In this document: positions 44,338 to 62,530 of the stretch, piece after piece
Layout: each line of letters starts with the position of its first letter
Numbering within the stretch: the first letter of the stretch is position 1
From: Eledone cirrhosa
Lineage: Eukaryota
Length of the DNA stretch: 64,000 nt
Assembly (NCBI GenBank): GCA_964016885.1
Contig: OZ024740.1
Coordinates: 432,946,001-433,010,000 of the forward strand
Reading direction: 5' to 3'
The notes under the pieces: generated by a model
Databases searched by the model: none
The model's input: only the letters and a program-made list of their open reading frames with translations
What the model was told of the DNA's origin: nothing
Translations under genes and position numbers: made by a program

Positions 44338-44525
44338 ATTCTTTCTAATATTGACACAAGGGGCCAGCAATTTGGTGGAAAGGGGAAAAAATCAATTACA
44401 TCAACCCCACGACACCATAAGGGTGAAAGCTGACCATGACGAGATTTGAACTCAGAATGTAGAAAGTTGTAACTAAATACCACAAAGTATTTTGTTCAGC
44501 ACTCTACCGATTCTGCCATCACACT
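44338..44525 (-). mobile_element. Diverged tRNA-derived SINE
   Basis: Shares CACAAG.GCCAGCAATT, ATTTGAACTCAGA (reverse B box) and CTCTACCGAT.CTGCCA with the SINE copies at 59015, 59328 and 62531. Confidence 0.75.
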
Positions 44526-44793
44526 GCCCCCCCCCCCCTCTTTTTTTTATTGGTAAGAATAACAACAAACAATCTAAAACTTCTCAAGCATTTATTCTAT
44601 AAATATGCAATTGGCAGGGAAAAGAATTAACAAGACATCATTTTCTTTTCTTTTGCATTCTGTCTGAGCAATATCATGCATTGAATCTTCAAATCAAGTA
44701 AAAATGTGAAAAACGCATAAACGGTGCAGTTTGAAAGTTTTTAGCAAATATGAGAACAAAATGAGTGTCTCATAGAGCAAACCCCTGTTTTAA

Positions 44794-44901
44794 ATGTTAG
44801 TTATTGATATATATTCCTTCAGTTCCATAGAGTACAGGACTGAATATGTTAGTTATTGATATATATATTCCTTCAGTTCCGTAGAGTTGCTGGACTGAAT
44901 A
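44794..44901. repeat. Two-copy tandem duplication of about 53 bp
   Basis: ATGTTAGTTATTGATATATATTCCTTCAGTTCC.TAGAGT...GGACTGAAT occurs twice. Confidence 0.8.
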
Positions 44902-45699
44902 CACTAAAATATCAACCTTAACAACTACAACCAATAACAAACTTGTTATCATACAAACTAAACAAAAAAAAAAAAAACAACAAACAAACAAAAAACAAAG
45001 ATTTTTCTATATTTCAATGAAAAATATAGAAATTGTAACAATTTATGACTTAAAAGATAGAGGAAGCTTCCATTTTATTAAAAATTTAACTCTTAATATA
45101 ATGAGTTTTATTTCTTTTAAACAATTCAACTCTTTAAATTTTTTTTTCTGCATAGAGATAAATTGACATTACAACACCACCAACAACATTTCAAAGGTAA
45201 ACCACTTCAGTTTTTCTCATATTTTATTCCTTTCTAAACATAATTTTTAAAAAATGTCTAACATTTTAATAGAGAATCTTTGAAGATTAAGATGAGTATA
45301 TACATATATGCAGAAAAGGGTTTTTGAAATTATGGTACCAACAACAAATACGTAGTATATTCTACATAAGAACTGGGTGTTTTGTATATTGCTAAATCCA
45401 TCCACTGTAGGTAGTTGTTGGTTTTTAACCATAATATTAATTGAAGCAACATTGTTAATATCAATGATAAATGAACCAGCAATATGTCTGAAAGCTGAAA
45501 ACAAAATTATTATTATTATTAATATTATTATTATCAATAAATGTTGTGATGAGTTGTTATAGGAATTGGATTGATTTTAAGTTTAGTTTGTTATATTATT
45601 GTGTCCAATATATTGTGGTGGGACTGTAAATGTCTACATGACTCCATTATGTAGGGTGCTCGCTTAGGTCATACAAACACCTTCATTAACTATATATCA

Positions 45700-52165
<6,466 letters not shown>

Positions 52166-52171
52166 AGAGAG

Positions 52172-53568
52172 AGAGAAAAGGTGAAGTTGGAAATAGCATG
52201 GAAAATATATTTAAGGGTCTGTTTTTCTTTTTTTTTTATCCTTTCTTTGATTTGTCAAAGTGACATTATTGAAAAGATGAGGGGACAATTCTTTTAAAAA
52301 AGAGTTTTATAAAGTATATAAAGTATTACCGGTTTCGATGTATTAGTAAAATTCATCTTATCACATGTTGAGTATTACAATTAAAAAAGAGTAATAAGAA
52401 TTAAAAACTGAAAATTAAAGTTTTAAAATTAAGAGGCAAGTTTTTTTCATTTTCCTTGTTGAGAAGGAGACTGGAGAATAACTCTTGTGTATATAGAGAG
52501 AGGTGTAGTCATGGTAGTAGCAGCAGCAGTGGTGGTAGGTGTGTTCTTCACAAAACAAAATTGTTTTGGGGGACAAAGGAAATATTGTGTAAATATGTGT
52601 GTATCTCAATTGTGTTAATGGACTGGTCAAGAGTTCAGGTGTGGTGAGAGATAAATTCTATGGCAACAGTAGGGTTGCAAAAGAAATTCTATTTTTGAAA
52701 TATGATTTTAGGGAGTGTGTATAGTGTGAGGGAGTGTGTCCTTCAGCCTGTCTGTCACAGGTTCCTTTGTGATGGGAATTAAAAAAAAAGAGCAGAGCAT
52801 CAGTGGTGGCTTTCAAACAGGATGTTTTGGAAAATATGTGAATGAGCAATATTTTCTTTCTTATTTTGTGGTGTGTGTGTGTGGGGGGGTCTAACGAGGG
52901 TGATTACATATTTAATTTTGGTTTAAATTTGTTAATAAATAGTTTTTCTTTATTCTTTGTTGTTGGGTAAAAGAATTGGGGCACTTGTAAAGGGGGAAGA
53001 TTTTAAAGTTGGGTAGAGTCATTGCTGTACAATCTGTAATGTGGCTACTTATGGGGATTTTTTTTGTGTTTACGTCTCGGATTTGTTGGCGATGGATGGT
53101 CATTCTTTTGCGTAATGACACCTCCGTCTGTCCTATATAGTTATGTCGACAGCCACCACATGTGATTAAGTAGATCAGGTTCTCTGAGTTACAAGTGAAG
53201 TTGTTTTTCACTGTGAAAGTTTGGCCATCTTTAAACGTGAATTTTTGTCCTTCAATTAAGTATAGACATGTACCACAGTTTGTTACTGATAGGCTGGAGA
53301 TTGGTTTATTTATATTTGTAAAACTTTAATTTTCAGTTTTTAATTCTTATTACTCTTTTTTAATTGTAATACTCAACATGTGATAAGATGAATTTTACTA
53401 ATACATCGAAACCGGTAATACTTTATATACTTTATAAAACTCTTTTAAAAATAATTGTCCCTCTCATTTTTTCAATAATGTCACTTTAACAAATCAAAGA
53501 AAGGAAAAAAAAGAAAAACAGACCCTAAAATATATTTCCTGTGCTATTTCCAACTTCACCTTTTCTCT
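52172..53568 (-). mobile_element. 5'-truncated Penelope-like element 1 with an inverted terminal copy
   Basis: About 250-bp inverted repeat 52172-52425 / 53319-53568 enclosing a GIY-YIG relic. Confidence 0.88.
52912..53282 (-). pseudogene. Penelope-type GIY-YIG endonuclease fragment
   Basis: NCGTCLYLIEG...FTCNSENLIYLITCGGCRHNYIGQTEVSLRKRMTIHRQQI shows the IY..CxxC..YIG.T...R..H signature. No RT is present upstream. Confidence 0.9.
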
Positions 53569-53845
53569 ATATCCAGTTTTGTATAGAACCTTACTTCCCT
53601 TTTCTAATATATATATCAATGTCATATATATATATATATATATATATTTCGTTTCTGAATTTGTTTAACAAGATTCTTTATCTGAAATCGTGTGTTGAAA
53701 CCGATATTGTTATACTTTGGGAGGGTCATGTTGCCAATAAGAAACACACGCACCAGTTGCTTTCACTTCAATTTATTATATATTTATAAATTTATAAATT
53801 TCTGGTTGGTTGGTTGGTTCCACAACCAGATAGTTGTTTATATAT

Positions 53846-53888
53846 AGTCATAGTTCTTTCGTCACACACTGTGACCTCTTCAGTGACT
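53846..53888 (-). ncRNA. Minimal type I hammerhead ribozyme motif
   Basis: Minus strand AGTCA-CTGAAGA-G-GTCAC-AGTGT-GTGAC-GAAA-G-AA-C-TA-TGACT: core CUGANGA/GAAA/NUH, 5-bp helix I, helix II and a minimal helix III. Confidence 0.72.
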
Positions 53889-54319
53889 GGGGATTCCTTT
53901 CTTTGTTTCTGTGCCTCTCCTTTGTTCTGTCCTACGCCATTTTGTTTCTGTGTGTGTGTTGTGTGCTCAGTCTGCGCATGCGCCACATCCGGGTGTCTGT
54001 GTGTGTTTATGTTCATTTATTTATTTGTTTATTTACATGTTACTGGTTGGTTGTTTGTTCTATGTGTGTGTGTGTTTTCATTTTGTCCTTAATTGTAAGT
54101 TGTGATGTTGCTGTTCCACTCATATTTTCTATTTAATTTTGGTTGTAATTCTTTTATGTTTATTGCCTCTGTAATTTGTCTAAACATTGCGTCTTTTCTG
54201 TGTATAGATTCTATTTTTATTTCTATGTTCTCTAATTTACCCTTGTGTTCACACACACAGAAACAAAATGGCGTAGGACAGAACAAAGGAGAGGCACAGA
54301 AACAAAGAAAGGAATCCCC

Positions 54320-54364
54320 AGTCACTGAAGAGGTCACAGAGTGTGTGACGAAAGAACTATGACT
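54320..54364 (+). ncRNA. Minimal type I hammerhead ribozyme motif (inverted copy)
   Basis: AGTCA-CTGAAGA-G-GTCACA-GAGTG-TGTGAC-GAAA-G-AA-C-TA-TGACT. Confidence 0.72.
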
Positions 54365-54489
54365 ATATATAAACAACTATCTGGTTGTGGAACCAACCAA
54401 CCAACCAGAAATTTATAAATATATAATACATTGAAGTGAAAGCAACTGGTGCGTGTGTTTCTTATTGGCAACATGACCCTCCCAAAGTA

Positions 54490-54947
54490 TAATATATATA
54501 TATATATATATATCAATATATATCGATATATATATGTATATCAATATATGACTATATATATATATATGTATATCAATATATGACTATATATATATATATA
54601 TATATATATATCAATATATGACTATATATATATATATCAATATATGACTATATATATATATATATATATCAATATATGACTATATATATATATATATATA
54701 TATATATCAATATATGACTATATATATATATATATCAATATATGACTATATATAAATATATATATATATATATCAATATATGACTATATATATATATCAA
54801 TATATATATATCAATATATGACTATATATATATATCAATATATGACTATATATATATGACTATATATATATGTATATCAATATATATATATATGACTATA
54901 TATATATGTATATCAATATATATATATGACTATATATATATGTATAT

Positions 54948-54993
<46 letters not shown>

Positions 54994-55085
54994 ATATATA
55001 TATATATCAATATATATATATATATATAAAGACACACACATATATATATATATATATAAAGACACACATATATATATATATATTA
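54490..55085. repeat. Compound microsatellite TCAATATATGAC(TA)n
   Basis: Directly visible. Confidence 0.9.
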
Positions 55086-56225
55086 ATACATATGTGTGTA
55101 TGAGTATACATGCACTCACATGTATTCCTTCACTCTCTCACAAAAGACACTTATCTATAAATTTAAATAACAGTTCCATATAGAGAAAAGGTCTCATTTT
55201 ATGAAGTATAAGAATTGAGCAGATATAAATGTCTTTACATATTAAATGAATAGAAAGACATTTGTGATGAATGAGATAAAAAAATAAAAACAGAAGATGA
55301 AAAAGTTTCAATAAAAATTAAACATTTTTTGTTGTGCAATGAAAGTGGTTTAATGAAGAGCAGAATAAACCTTTTAACTCTTCCGATCCACTTATTATCT
55401 GGCTTCCCCTTCTTCCAGACAATTTTACTTTGGTATTTACATTTAAAAACAAGAAATCAATAGATAGTTCAATAGTTCTGGCTACAGACCAAGCATCAGT
55501 AGCTGACATAGAAGACAATAAAGCGCAAACCCAATTCTTTAAACCAATTCACAGGCACTGAATATCATGAAGAATTAAATAGAGTAGATTTTTCATAAGT
55601 TTTTTTTTTCACTGGAAAGACTCGTCACTTTTTAAAAATTTATTTTTTCTTTAAATTTTAAGTGAAATATCTTTATATAATTACATTTAAATAATAATTT
55701 TAAAATGATAGAAAAAAAAAGGAAATAAATAAAAAGCTTTTCATAAAACATTTTCAACAAGCTATATACAATATGTTCAACTTTTTTTATGGAGGGATTA
55801 CCTATGTAAGATACTCACATAGGAATAATTATATTTGTCTGTGTGGGAGTGTATGTGTATGTATATGTGTGTATATATGTATGGGTATATATATATATAT
55901 GTTCACATATACACACACACGCACATACATTTAAGGTCATATAACTTGAAATGCAAAGGAAAAAATTTGAAGAGCAAAAATGTCATTAGTTAAATATTTA
56001 GTAAGTTATATTACTAAATCAATAATATATCTTAATAAAATGAAAATGGAAGCAAACTGATGTGGTTGCTACCATTTATATTTGTTTTAAAGAATTAAAA
56101 ATTAAAGTATTCCTCAAACATTAAAAGTTTCATTGAAACAACCAACTTAAGTTTTTATTATAATAAATAAATATTTTCTAAGTTATCTTTCATATTCAGT
56201 TCTTCAATTCAGTTCTTTAATTTAA

Positions 56226-56447
56226 CCCTTTCATTACCAACCTGCCCAATGCTTCTATGAAACAATACCACTCATTTTAAAGGGTTCCTACTTGAATTAA
56301 AAACTCTCCAACATAATTTTATATAAGAACATTTTATTGTTACAAATACCATCCTAATAAAATGGTAAGTTTAGCCAATCTTTCCCACATTCTTCATTAA
56401 TTAATTAAAATACAAATTATTTCATTAGAAATATGGTAACGAAAGGG
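56226..56447. mobile_element. piggyBac-like MITE (222 bp)
   Basis: TTAA|CCCTTTCATTACCA ... TGGTAACGAAAGGG|TTGA: a 14-bp TIR with one mismatch and a TTAA-like TSD. Confidence 0.75.
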
Positions 56448-57067
56448 TTGAACAGTTCATTATTTTGTTCCTATCAAGGAAAGTTGGTTTATTTATCAGT
56501 TGAAAGTAAAACAACAGTATTAGATATTTTTCAATATCTTTAGTAAATATTTATCAAAGAGAAGAAAAGTGTAGAAAATATGAGGAATACTTTTTAAAAT
56601 TCCCTTCGAGAACTTGATAAGAAGAAAATATATTCATTGCCAGAACTGAATTTGGTTGTGCAAGAACTGCTGTGTTTTTCAGAATTCTAATACAGGATTT
56701 AAATCTGCCATTAAAAATTTTTAACAATTCAAATTTAATAAATCATTAATATAACCTCGTAAAAAACTTTGCTTTTCTAGCTAAATAGTTATGTCTAGTG
56801 TTGACAAATAATTTTAAAGAGACAAGCAAAAGAACAAGTAAAGAACTGCTGAAACCCTGTGTGTGTATATATATATTATATATGTGTATGTGTGTGTATA
56901 TATATATAGATAGATATGGTTGTATGTATACACAAGGTTTCAATATATATATATGTATCTTAAAATATGGGGTTAACTGACCAGGGATGTGTGGCCCACA
57001 TTATGGTCGGTTGACTGTGATGCAAATAAAGTGAAGCGCTCTGTATAAATAGTACAAGCTGGAGCAT

Positions 57068-57365
57068 TATATAATATTAAAAAGATTGGAGGCCATGATA
57101 AGTTGATTTAGGTTTATACATATTTCGCTGAAGACTACCAATTTTGGTAGCCTGAGCTCTTTAAATTGTACAAAACCCTATAAAAACACAAAAACATTGG
57201 AAACTTCCTCAAAGTTTTCAATGATTTCAATGTTTTCACAGGTTTTTGTGCCATCTGAAGAGTTCAGACTACCAAAATTGGTAGTCCTCAGCGAAATATG
57301 TATCAGGAGATTTAAATAAATCTAAATCAACTGATTATGGCCTCTGATATGTTTAATACTATATA
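57068..57365. repeat. About 300-bp imperfect palindrome (inverted-repeat element)
   Basis: ATACATATTTCGCTGAAGACTACCAATTTTGGTAG on the left mirrors CTACCAAAATTGGTAGTCCTCAGCGAAATATGTAT on the right. Outer arms AGGCCATGATAAGTTGATTTAG / CTAAATCAACTGATTATGGCCT. Confidence 0.8.
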
Positions 57366-59014
57366 TATATAAATATTCAAGCCAATTTAAGTTTTTCTCT
57401 TCTCTAAAGATCCTAAAAAAAAAACAGCAACATTGATCTCCTATTTCAGACACAATGCCACAAATTTAAAAGTCAAGAAAAAGAGATTGGTAACATTCAT
57501 GCCTTTCTCAAGATCATTAATGGTGTATGAGAAATTTATTGGTTTCAATTTGATTGCCATTTTGTTCTATTGTGCTTGCCACTAACTTACCAAAAATTGA
57601 TTAACAATCCTCAAATTATTATAGAATAGCAAATTATTTGTTAATATATAAAGAATTTTAATGGTTACTTTTGTTAATTTCAATTCATAAGTGAAATGCT
57701 GTTTTTTTTCTTTTCTTAACAATAAACTAACGAAGAAAGATTTTATCCTAGTTTGCTTCAAAATTTTGATAAAATTTCAATATCCTTAATATAGTTAAAA
57801 TTAAATAGATAACCAGCTTAATAGATTAATGTTTAGAAAATGTTTTAAAAATAAGTTGGATAGAGGAAGTTTATTAGGTATGTGAAAAAAGATAATTTCT
57901 TGAATCAAAAATTAAACATGGATGGAGAAAATAAATAAAAAAAATTTATTTGATATAAATTTAACATATTTTGTTATTTTATAATTCTTTTTTTTTTCTG
58001 TTTAATAAAGGCTTTTTTTATTTATTTATTGTAAATGAAATAATATTGAGCTGATGACCTCTTGGTTGTATACTGAAGAAATAAGTTCAAAGAATTTTCT
58101 GGACAAAAGATTGAATGAATTTTTTTTTCAAAACTGATATACATAAAGGGTTAGGGTTACATCATTTTGGTTATATGGTCAAAATATTTCCGGATTCAGT
58201 TGAGTTTTTCTGTCTTTTTCAATTTTCATTCTCAGGAGAAATGTTTGCTGTTTGATTTTTAGTCAGAGTTTAAGTGAAACAATTCCCTTTGCTAAACGTC
58301 TGCTATTTGATTCACTCATGCCTATATAGTGAGACAGATTCAACAATCATTATAATTGAATGTTGGCAATAAAGTATCAAATTTAGAAAATAACAAAAGA
58401 AAACAACAACAACAACAAAAACAAACAAACAAAAAACTAATTTGCTTTTCTTACTTTCCATAAAATAATAGTTTAGCAACATTTCTTTAAATATTGAAAA
58501 AATAAAAAGATTTTGTAGAAAATCTAAATGAATTAAGACAGAAAAGGATGGCCAACACAGACTGAAACCTAAGTTTATATAACAATAAAGTGAAAAGAAT
58601 AAGTTTTGAAAAATTATATTCAAGCCAACCTATAAATGTTTATAAAACATTTTAAAAACAAGTTATTTCTTAAATGTATATCAAATAAAATAAATATTTG
58701 ATTTAACTTAATTAGGCTTTTATGAAAAGTAACTCTTTAGATACTACAGCTATTACTAAAAATATGAAATAAATTCTTTAAAACAACATTAAAGCTTTGT
58801 AACAAGAACAGGATCTTGGTTTTGTACCGAATTGAGAGGTCTACACCTGTTGAGAGGGTCAGCTCCCCGTGACTTCACTGAACCTTTTACCAAAGCAGAG
58901 TCTGGACCCTTGAAATTTTCTGGGTTTGGTCCTTTTACTCCAATATAGGATGGTCTGAAAAAGTTAAAAAAAAAAAAAAAATTAGGGAATAACTAGAAAG
59001 GGAGTTATTTATAA

Positions 59015-59203
59015 TTGTTTCTACTTTTGGCACAAGACCAGCAATTATCCCAGTGTATTACTGGTACTTTATTTTATCAACCCTGTAAGGATGAAAGGCA
59101 AAGTTAACCTCGGCAGCGTTTGAACTCAGACCATAAAGGGCCGTAACTCTATGCTGCAAAGCATGGTGTCTGACCCTCTACCGATACTGCCAATCCACCG
59201 CCC
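59015..59203 (-). mobile_element. tRNA-derived SINE, full length
   Basis: Reverse complement of the 62531 copy. Probable TSD AAGGG(A/T)GTTATTTATAAT at about 58998 and 59228. Confidence 0.85.
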
Positions 59204-59472
59204 TATAGCAATATGATGTAAATGGTGAAGGGTGTTATTTATAATATTAATAAACTAGAGTATTATATTTTGTTAAAATGCTAAGGCAGCAGCAAAAGCG
59301 ACATTTAGAAAATAGCAATAAAAAGTAATTGTTTCTACATTTGGCACAAGGCCAGCAATTACCCAGTGCATTACTGGTACTTTATTTTATCGACCCCGTA
59401 AGCATGAAAGGCAAAGTTAACCTCAACGGGATTTGAACTCAGACCGTAAAGGGACATAACTATGCTGGAAAG

Positions 59473-60026
59473 TGTAGTGATCTACATTCCGCGGGCTCAC
59501 ATACATTCTCTGTGCGTGATTTGGCTCAGTTCAGCCAATCAGCGCCAGTAGAAGAGGATGTATCCCTACGCGCCCTGAGGAAGAAATTCACCGCAAAGAT
59601 TTGAAGAATCTCGCTCTTGTACCAGAAACTTCGAGCCAGCAACACGCATAATGTAACAGTGAGATATTGCACCACTAGCCTCGCCGGCTTAACGGCGCAA
59701 TGGCACATTCTCTTTTGTAACCTCCTTTTTATCTGTAACTTCAACCATATAAATAAACAAACATTTCATCTCTAATTACTGCGGTTGAAGTCGTTGTTAT
59801 GTTACTCGTGTCTCAATAACATCTTTAATCCATGCTGCTGGAATTGGCGCCCTGACGAAAGGAATATTGTAAATAGATGGTAAATAGATCGAGGGACCTT
59901 CCCTCACGTCTATGTCAACAAGATAATCCAACGAGGATACTATCACTTACCACACTGGCAACTAACGACCACTGATTCTACCACCCTGCTAAACCGGCGA
60001 TAACATCTACAACTAATACTGCTAAA
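59473..60026 (+). repeat. 5' LTR
   Basis: Begins TGTAG, ends CTAAA, with AATAAA at about 59752. Confidence 0.92.
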
Positions 60027-60027
60027 G

Positions 60028-60040
60028 TGGTGACCGACGT
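60028..60040 (+). promoter_or_regulatory. Primer binding site, tRNA-Trp-like
   Basis: TGGTGACCGACGT versus TGGTGACCCCGACGT, the complement of the metazoan tRNA-Trp 3' end as I recall it (2-nt deletion). Confidence 0.65.
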
Positions 60041-61602
60041 AAGAATGTCACGCAGCCCTTCTTATTCATTCAGTTTAACTTTTATTGCCACGTCGCAACT
60101 TGCGAAAATCCAGAATATTCCTTTTAAGATTTTTGAAAAATTAGCAGTATTTCAAAAACTTTTTCGCCACGAAAAAATTTCAAGATGGCTACCGACATGT
60201 CATGGCTACGCTTGACAACAACAATGACAGCAGCAGCGACAGCATTGTTTAACCACTGACCAATACAGGGAACAGTGAGTGGCAGCTTCATAACCTTACC
60301 AACGCCAACCACCACACATCGGAAATTTCAAAACGGCTTGTAACTTTACCGACGCAACCACCATACCTTCTGTCTCGTTACCACAGGGACGCGAGAAATT
60401 GAGACAGTAGTTTTCTCACCATTATGGCGTCAGACGTGACTGCCATATTTGGTGACTCCTACTCTACAATAGATTCTTTGACTTTGCTTTAACAATAAGC
60501 AACACAACCGTGTGGCGGGACGGGAAAATGGCCACAAAATCTCACAAAAACACCATACATCTAACCCCTAACGGCATTAACAAACTTCTTTTTCAGTTTT
60601 CAGATAGAACTAGTGTCTGTACACTGGTGATGTGTGAACTATTTGACTTTGAAAAACTTTGAACTTATTGAGCAATTTCTCTGCTCCCCTAGATTGACTT
60701 TGAATTATCAGTTTGTTACATTCACATATTTCTTTGTAGAATGCATTTACTTGTTTTGTGTTCTTTTGCTATTTGCTTGCTCATGGTTTTTGTTCATTCA
60801 CATTCTTTGCTGTTTTACATGCCTGCATATGCACACATTTTTTTTATCACACACCAACATGTTGTTCTTGGTATATGTTCTTCAAACGTAATATTCTGCG
60901 AGTCCCTTTTCACCTGGTTGAGATGCTGGCAGCTCACAGAGCTTAATCCACTGGATTCAAACAGTCACCGCAACACGAGAATACTAATTGCCGCTGAACT
61001 CAAACAGCTTCGCATCTCGTTGCACACTGATCGTCCATGACGGCCATCCGTCTTGTTGTTTTTGCCCGACTCGCTGGGAAAGCAACAAATTGAACTGGAC
61101 TTGTTAGCATTTCGGCCACTTCTGTGGATTCGCCCAAATTATGGAATTTACACTGCAACCCACCTACAAATTAAACTTGCCTTTTGTTCTTTACAAAGCA
61201 ACCAGCCATTTTTTCCTGGCTCCACAGCACATTCGACAATACATCTGGGGGCCATCATTTTCTCGCCAGCACTGGTAAACTACCATAATAGCTTCGTTCA
61301 CAGCTACTGGTACAACGCTTACCATTAACATTTAATGCAAGAACAGCAACTTCGCCCATGTCAGACTTTATCCGTTTTTTGTTAGACCTTTGGCGGTCAC
61401 GTATAAACAACAAAACAACTGGTCATTTGACACAGCGGCTCAACACGGCCCGTAGCGCCTCATTTTTTGTTCTTGCATGCAACCTTCTGCTCAATTATTT
61501 TTTTCACTGATGTGCTCTTTCAGCATTTTTCTTGCTGATTTAATATGTGAGTCCTTGGTTTCTTCGTTATCGATTTTCGGCTGAAAATCTGGTTGGAGGT
61601 GA

Positions 61603-62156
61603 TGTAGTGACCTACATTCCGCGGGCTCACATACATTCTCTGTGCGTGATTTGGCTCAGTTCAGCCAATCAGCGCCAGTAGAAGAGGATGTATCCCTACG
61701 CGCCCTGAGGAAGAAATTCACCGCAAAGATTTGAAGAATCTCGCTCTTGTACCAGAAACTTCGAGCCAGCAATACGCATAATGTAACAGTGAGATATTGC
61801 ACCACTAGCCTCGCCGGCTTAACGGCGCAATGGCACATTCTCTTTTGTAACCTCCTTTTTATCTGTAACTTCAACCATATAAATAAACAAACATTTCATC
61901 TCTAATTACTGCGGTTGAAGTCGTTGTTATGTTACTCGTGTCTAAATAACATCTTTAATCCATGCTGCTGGTATTGGCGCCCTGACGAAAGGAATATTGT
62001 AAATAGATGGTAAATAGATCGAGGGACCTTCCCTCACGTCTATGTCAACAAGATAATCCAACGAGGATACTATCACTTACCACACTGGCAACTAACGACC
62101 ACTGATTCTACCACCCTGCTAAAGTGGCGATAACATCTACAACTAATACTGCTAAA
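61603..62156 (+). repeat. 3' LTR
   Basis: About 99% identical to 59473-60026. Confidence 0.92.
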
Positions 62157-62530
62157 AAAGCATGGCGTCCGACCCTCTACCGATACTGCCAATTATAATA
62201 AAATAATGATATCAATTTTATTGGTAATTTTTTTCGTAGTCATAAATTGATTTTCAAGTATTTCTAGTATTATTTGTAATTTTCTAACCCTGCAACCAAA
62301 ATATTTTTGATATGAATCTGCTCGATAGTATTCAAAGTAGAGGAAGTTCCTATGTTTGGTATTCTGTTAATTAGGCACCCAACACCAAAGAATTTCTTTC
62401 TTTGTGTTAGTCAGACATAGTTTATTGATCCCTGTTATCAAACACAATTAGGGAATGACAGGGAATATGTCTTTTGAACTTGATATAGGTAAGAATCAAC
62501 AGATACACAGATATTATTATCTCTATACTG

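Larger units (their letters stand above)
53646..54492 (-). mobile_element. Penelope-like element 2, short 3' relic with an inverted terminal copy
   Basis: About 245-bp inverted repeat 53710-53958 / 54250-54492. The spacer encodes (minus) RKDAMFRQITEAINIKELQPKLNRKYEW, a GIY-YIG C-terminal E...P.LN motif. Confidence 0.8.
59473..62156 (+). mobile_element. Non-autonomous Gypsy-like LTR retroelement (2.7 kb)
   Basis: 554-bp direct repeats 59473-60026 and 61603-62156, with 6 substitutions by my count. 4-bp TSD AAAG (59469-72, 62157-60). PBS-like TGGTGACCGACGT at 60028 and purine-rich GGTTGGAGGTGA before the 3' LTR. No long internal ORF. Confidence 0.92.
59328..62193 (-). mobile_element. tRNA-derived SINE split by an LTR element (parts 59328-59472 and 62161-62193)
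   Basis: ...CATAACTATGCTGGAAAG | CATGGCGTCCGACCCTCTACCGATACTGCCAAT rejoins to match the intact neighbour (...TATGCTGCAAAGCATGGTGTCTGACCCTCTACCG). Confidence 0.85.

Noticed and set aside
55318-55565. Exon-like stretch open on both strands
   Set aside because: No recognisable homology, and the best minus-strand acceptor leads to stops in all frames. It would need RNA-seq or BLASTX support.
58145-58160. AGGGTTAGGGTTA interstitial telomere
   Set aside because: Only about two units, expected by chance.
59526-59744. Identical 72-aa ORF present twice (also 61656-61874)
   Set aside because: It lies within the LTRs, so duplication explains the identity, and it has no domain signature.
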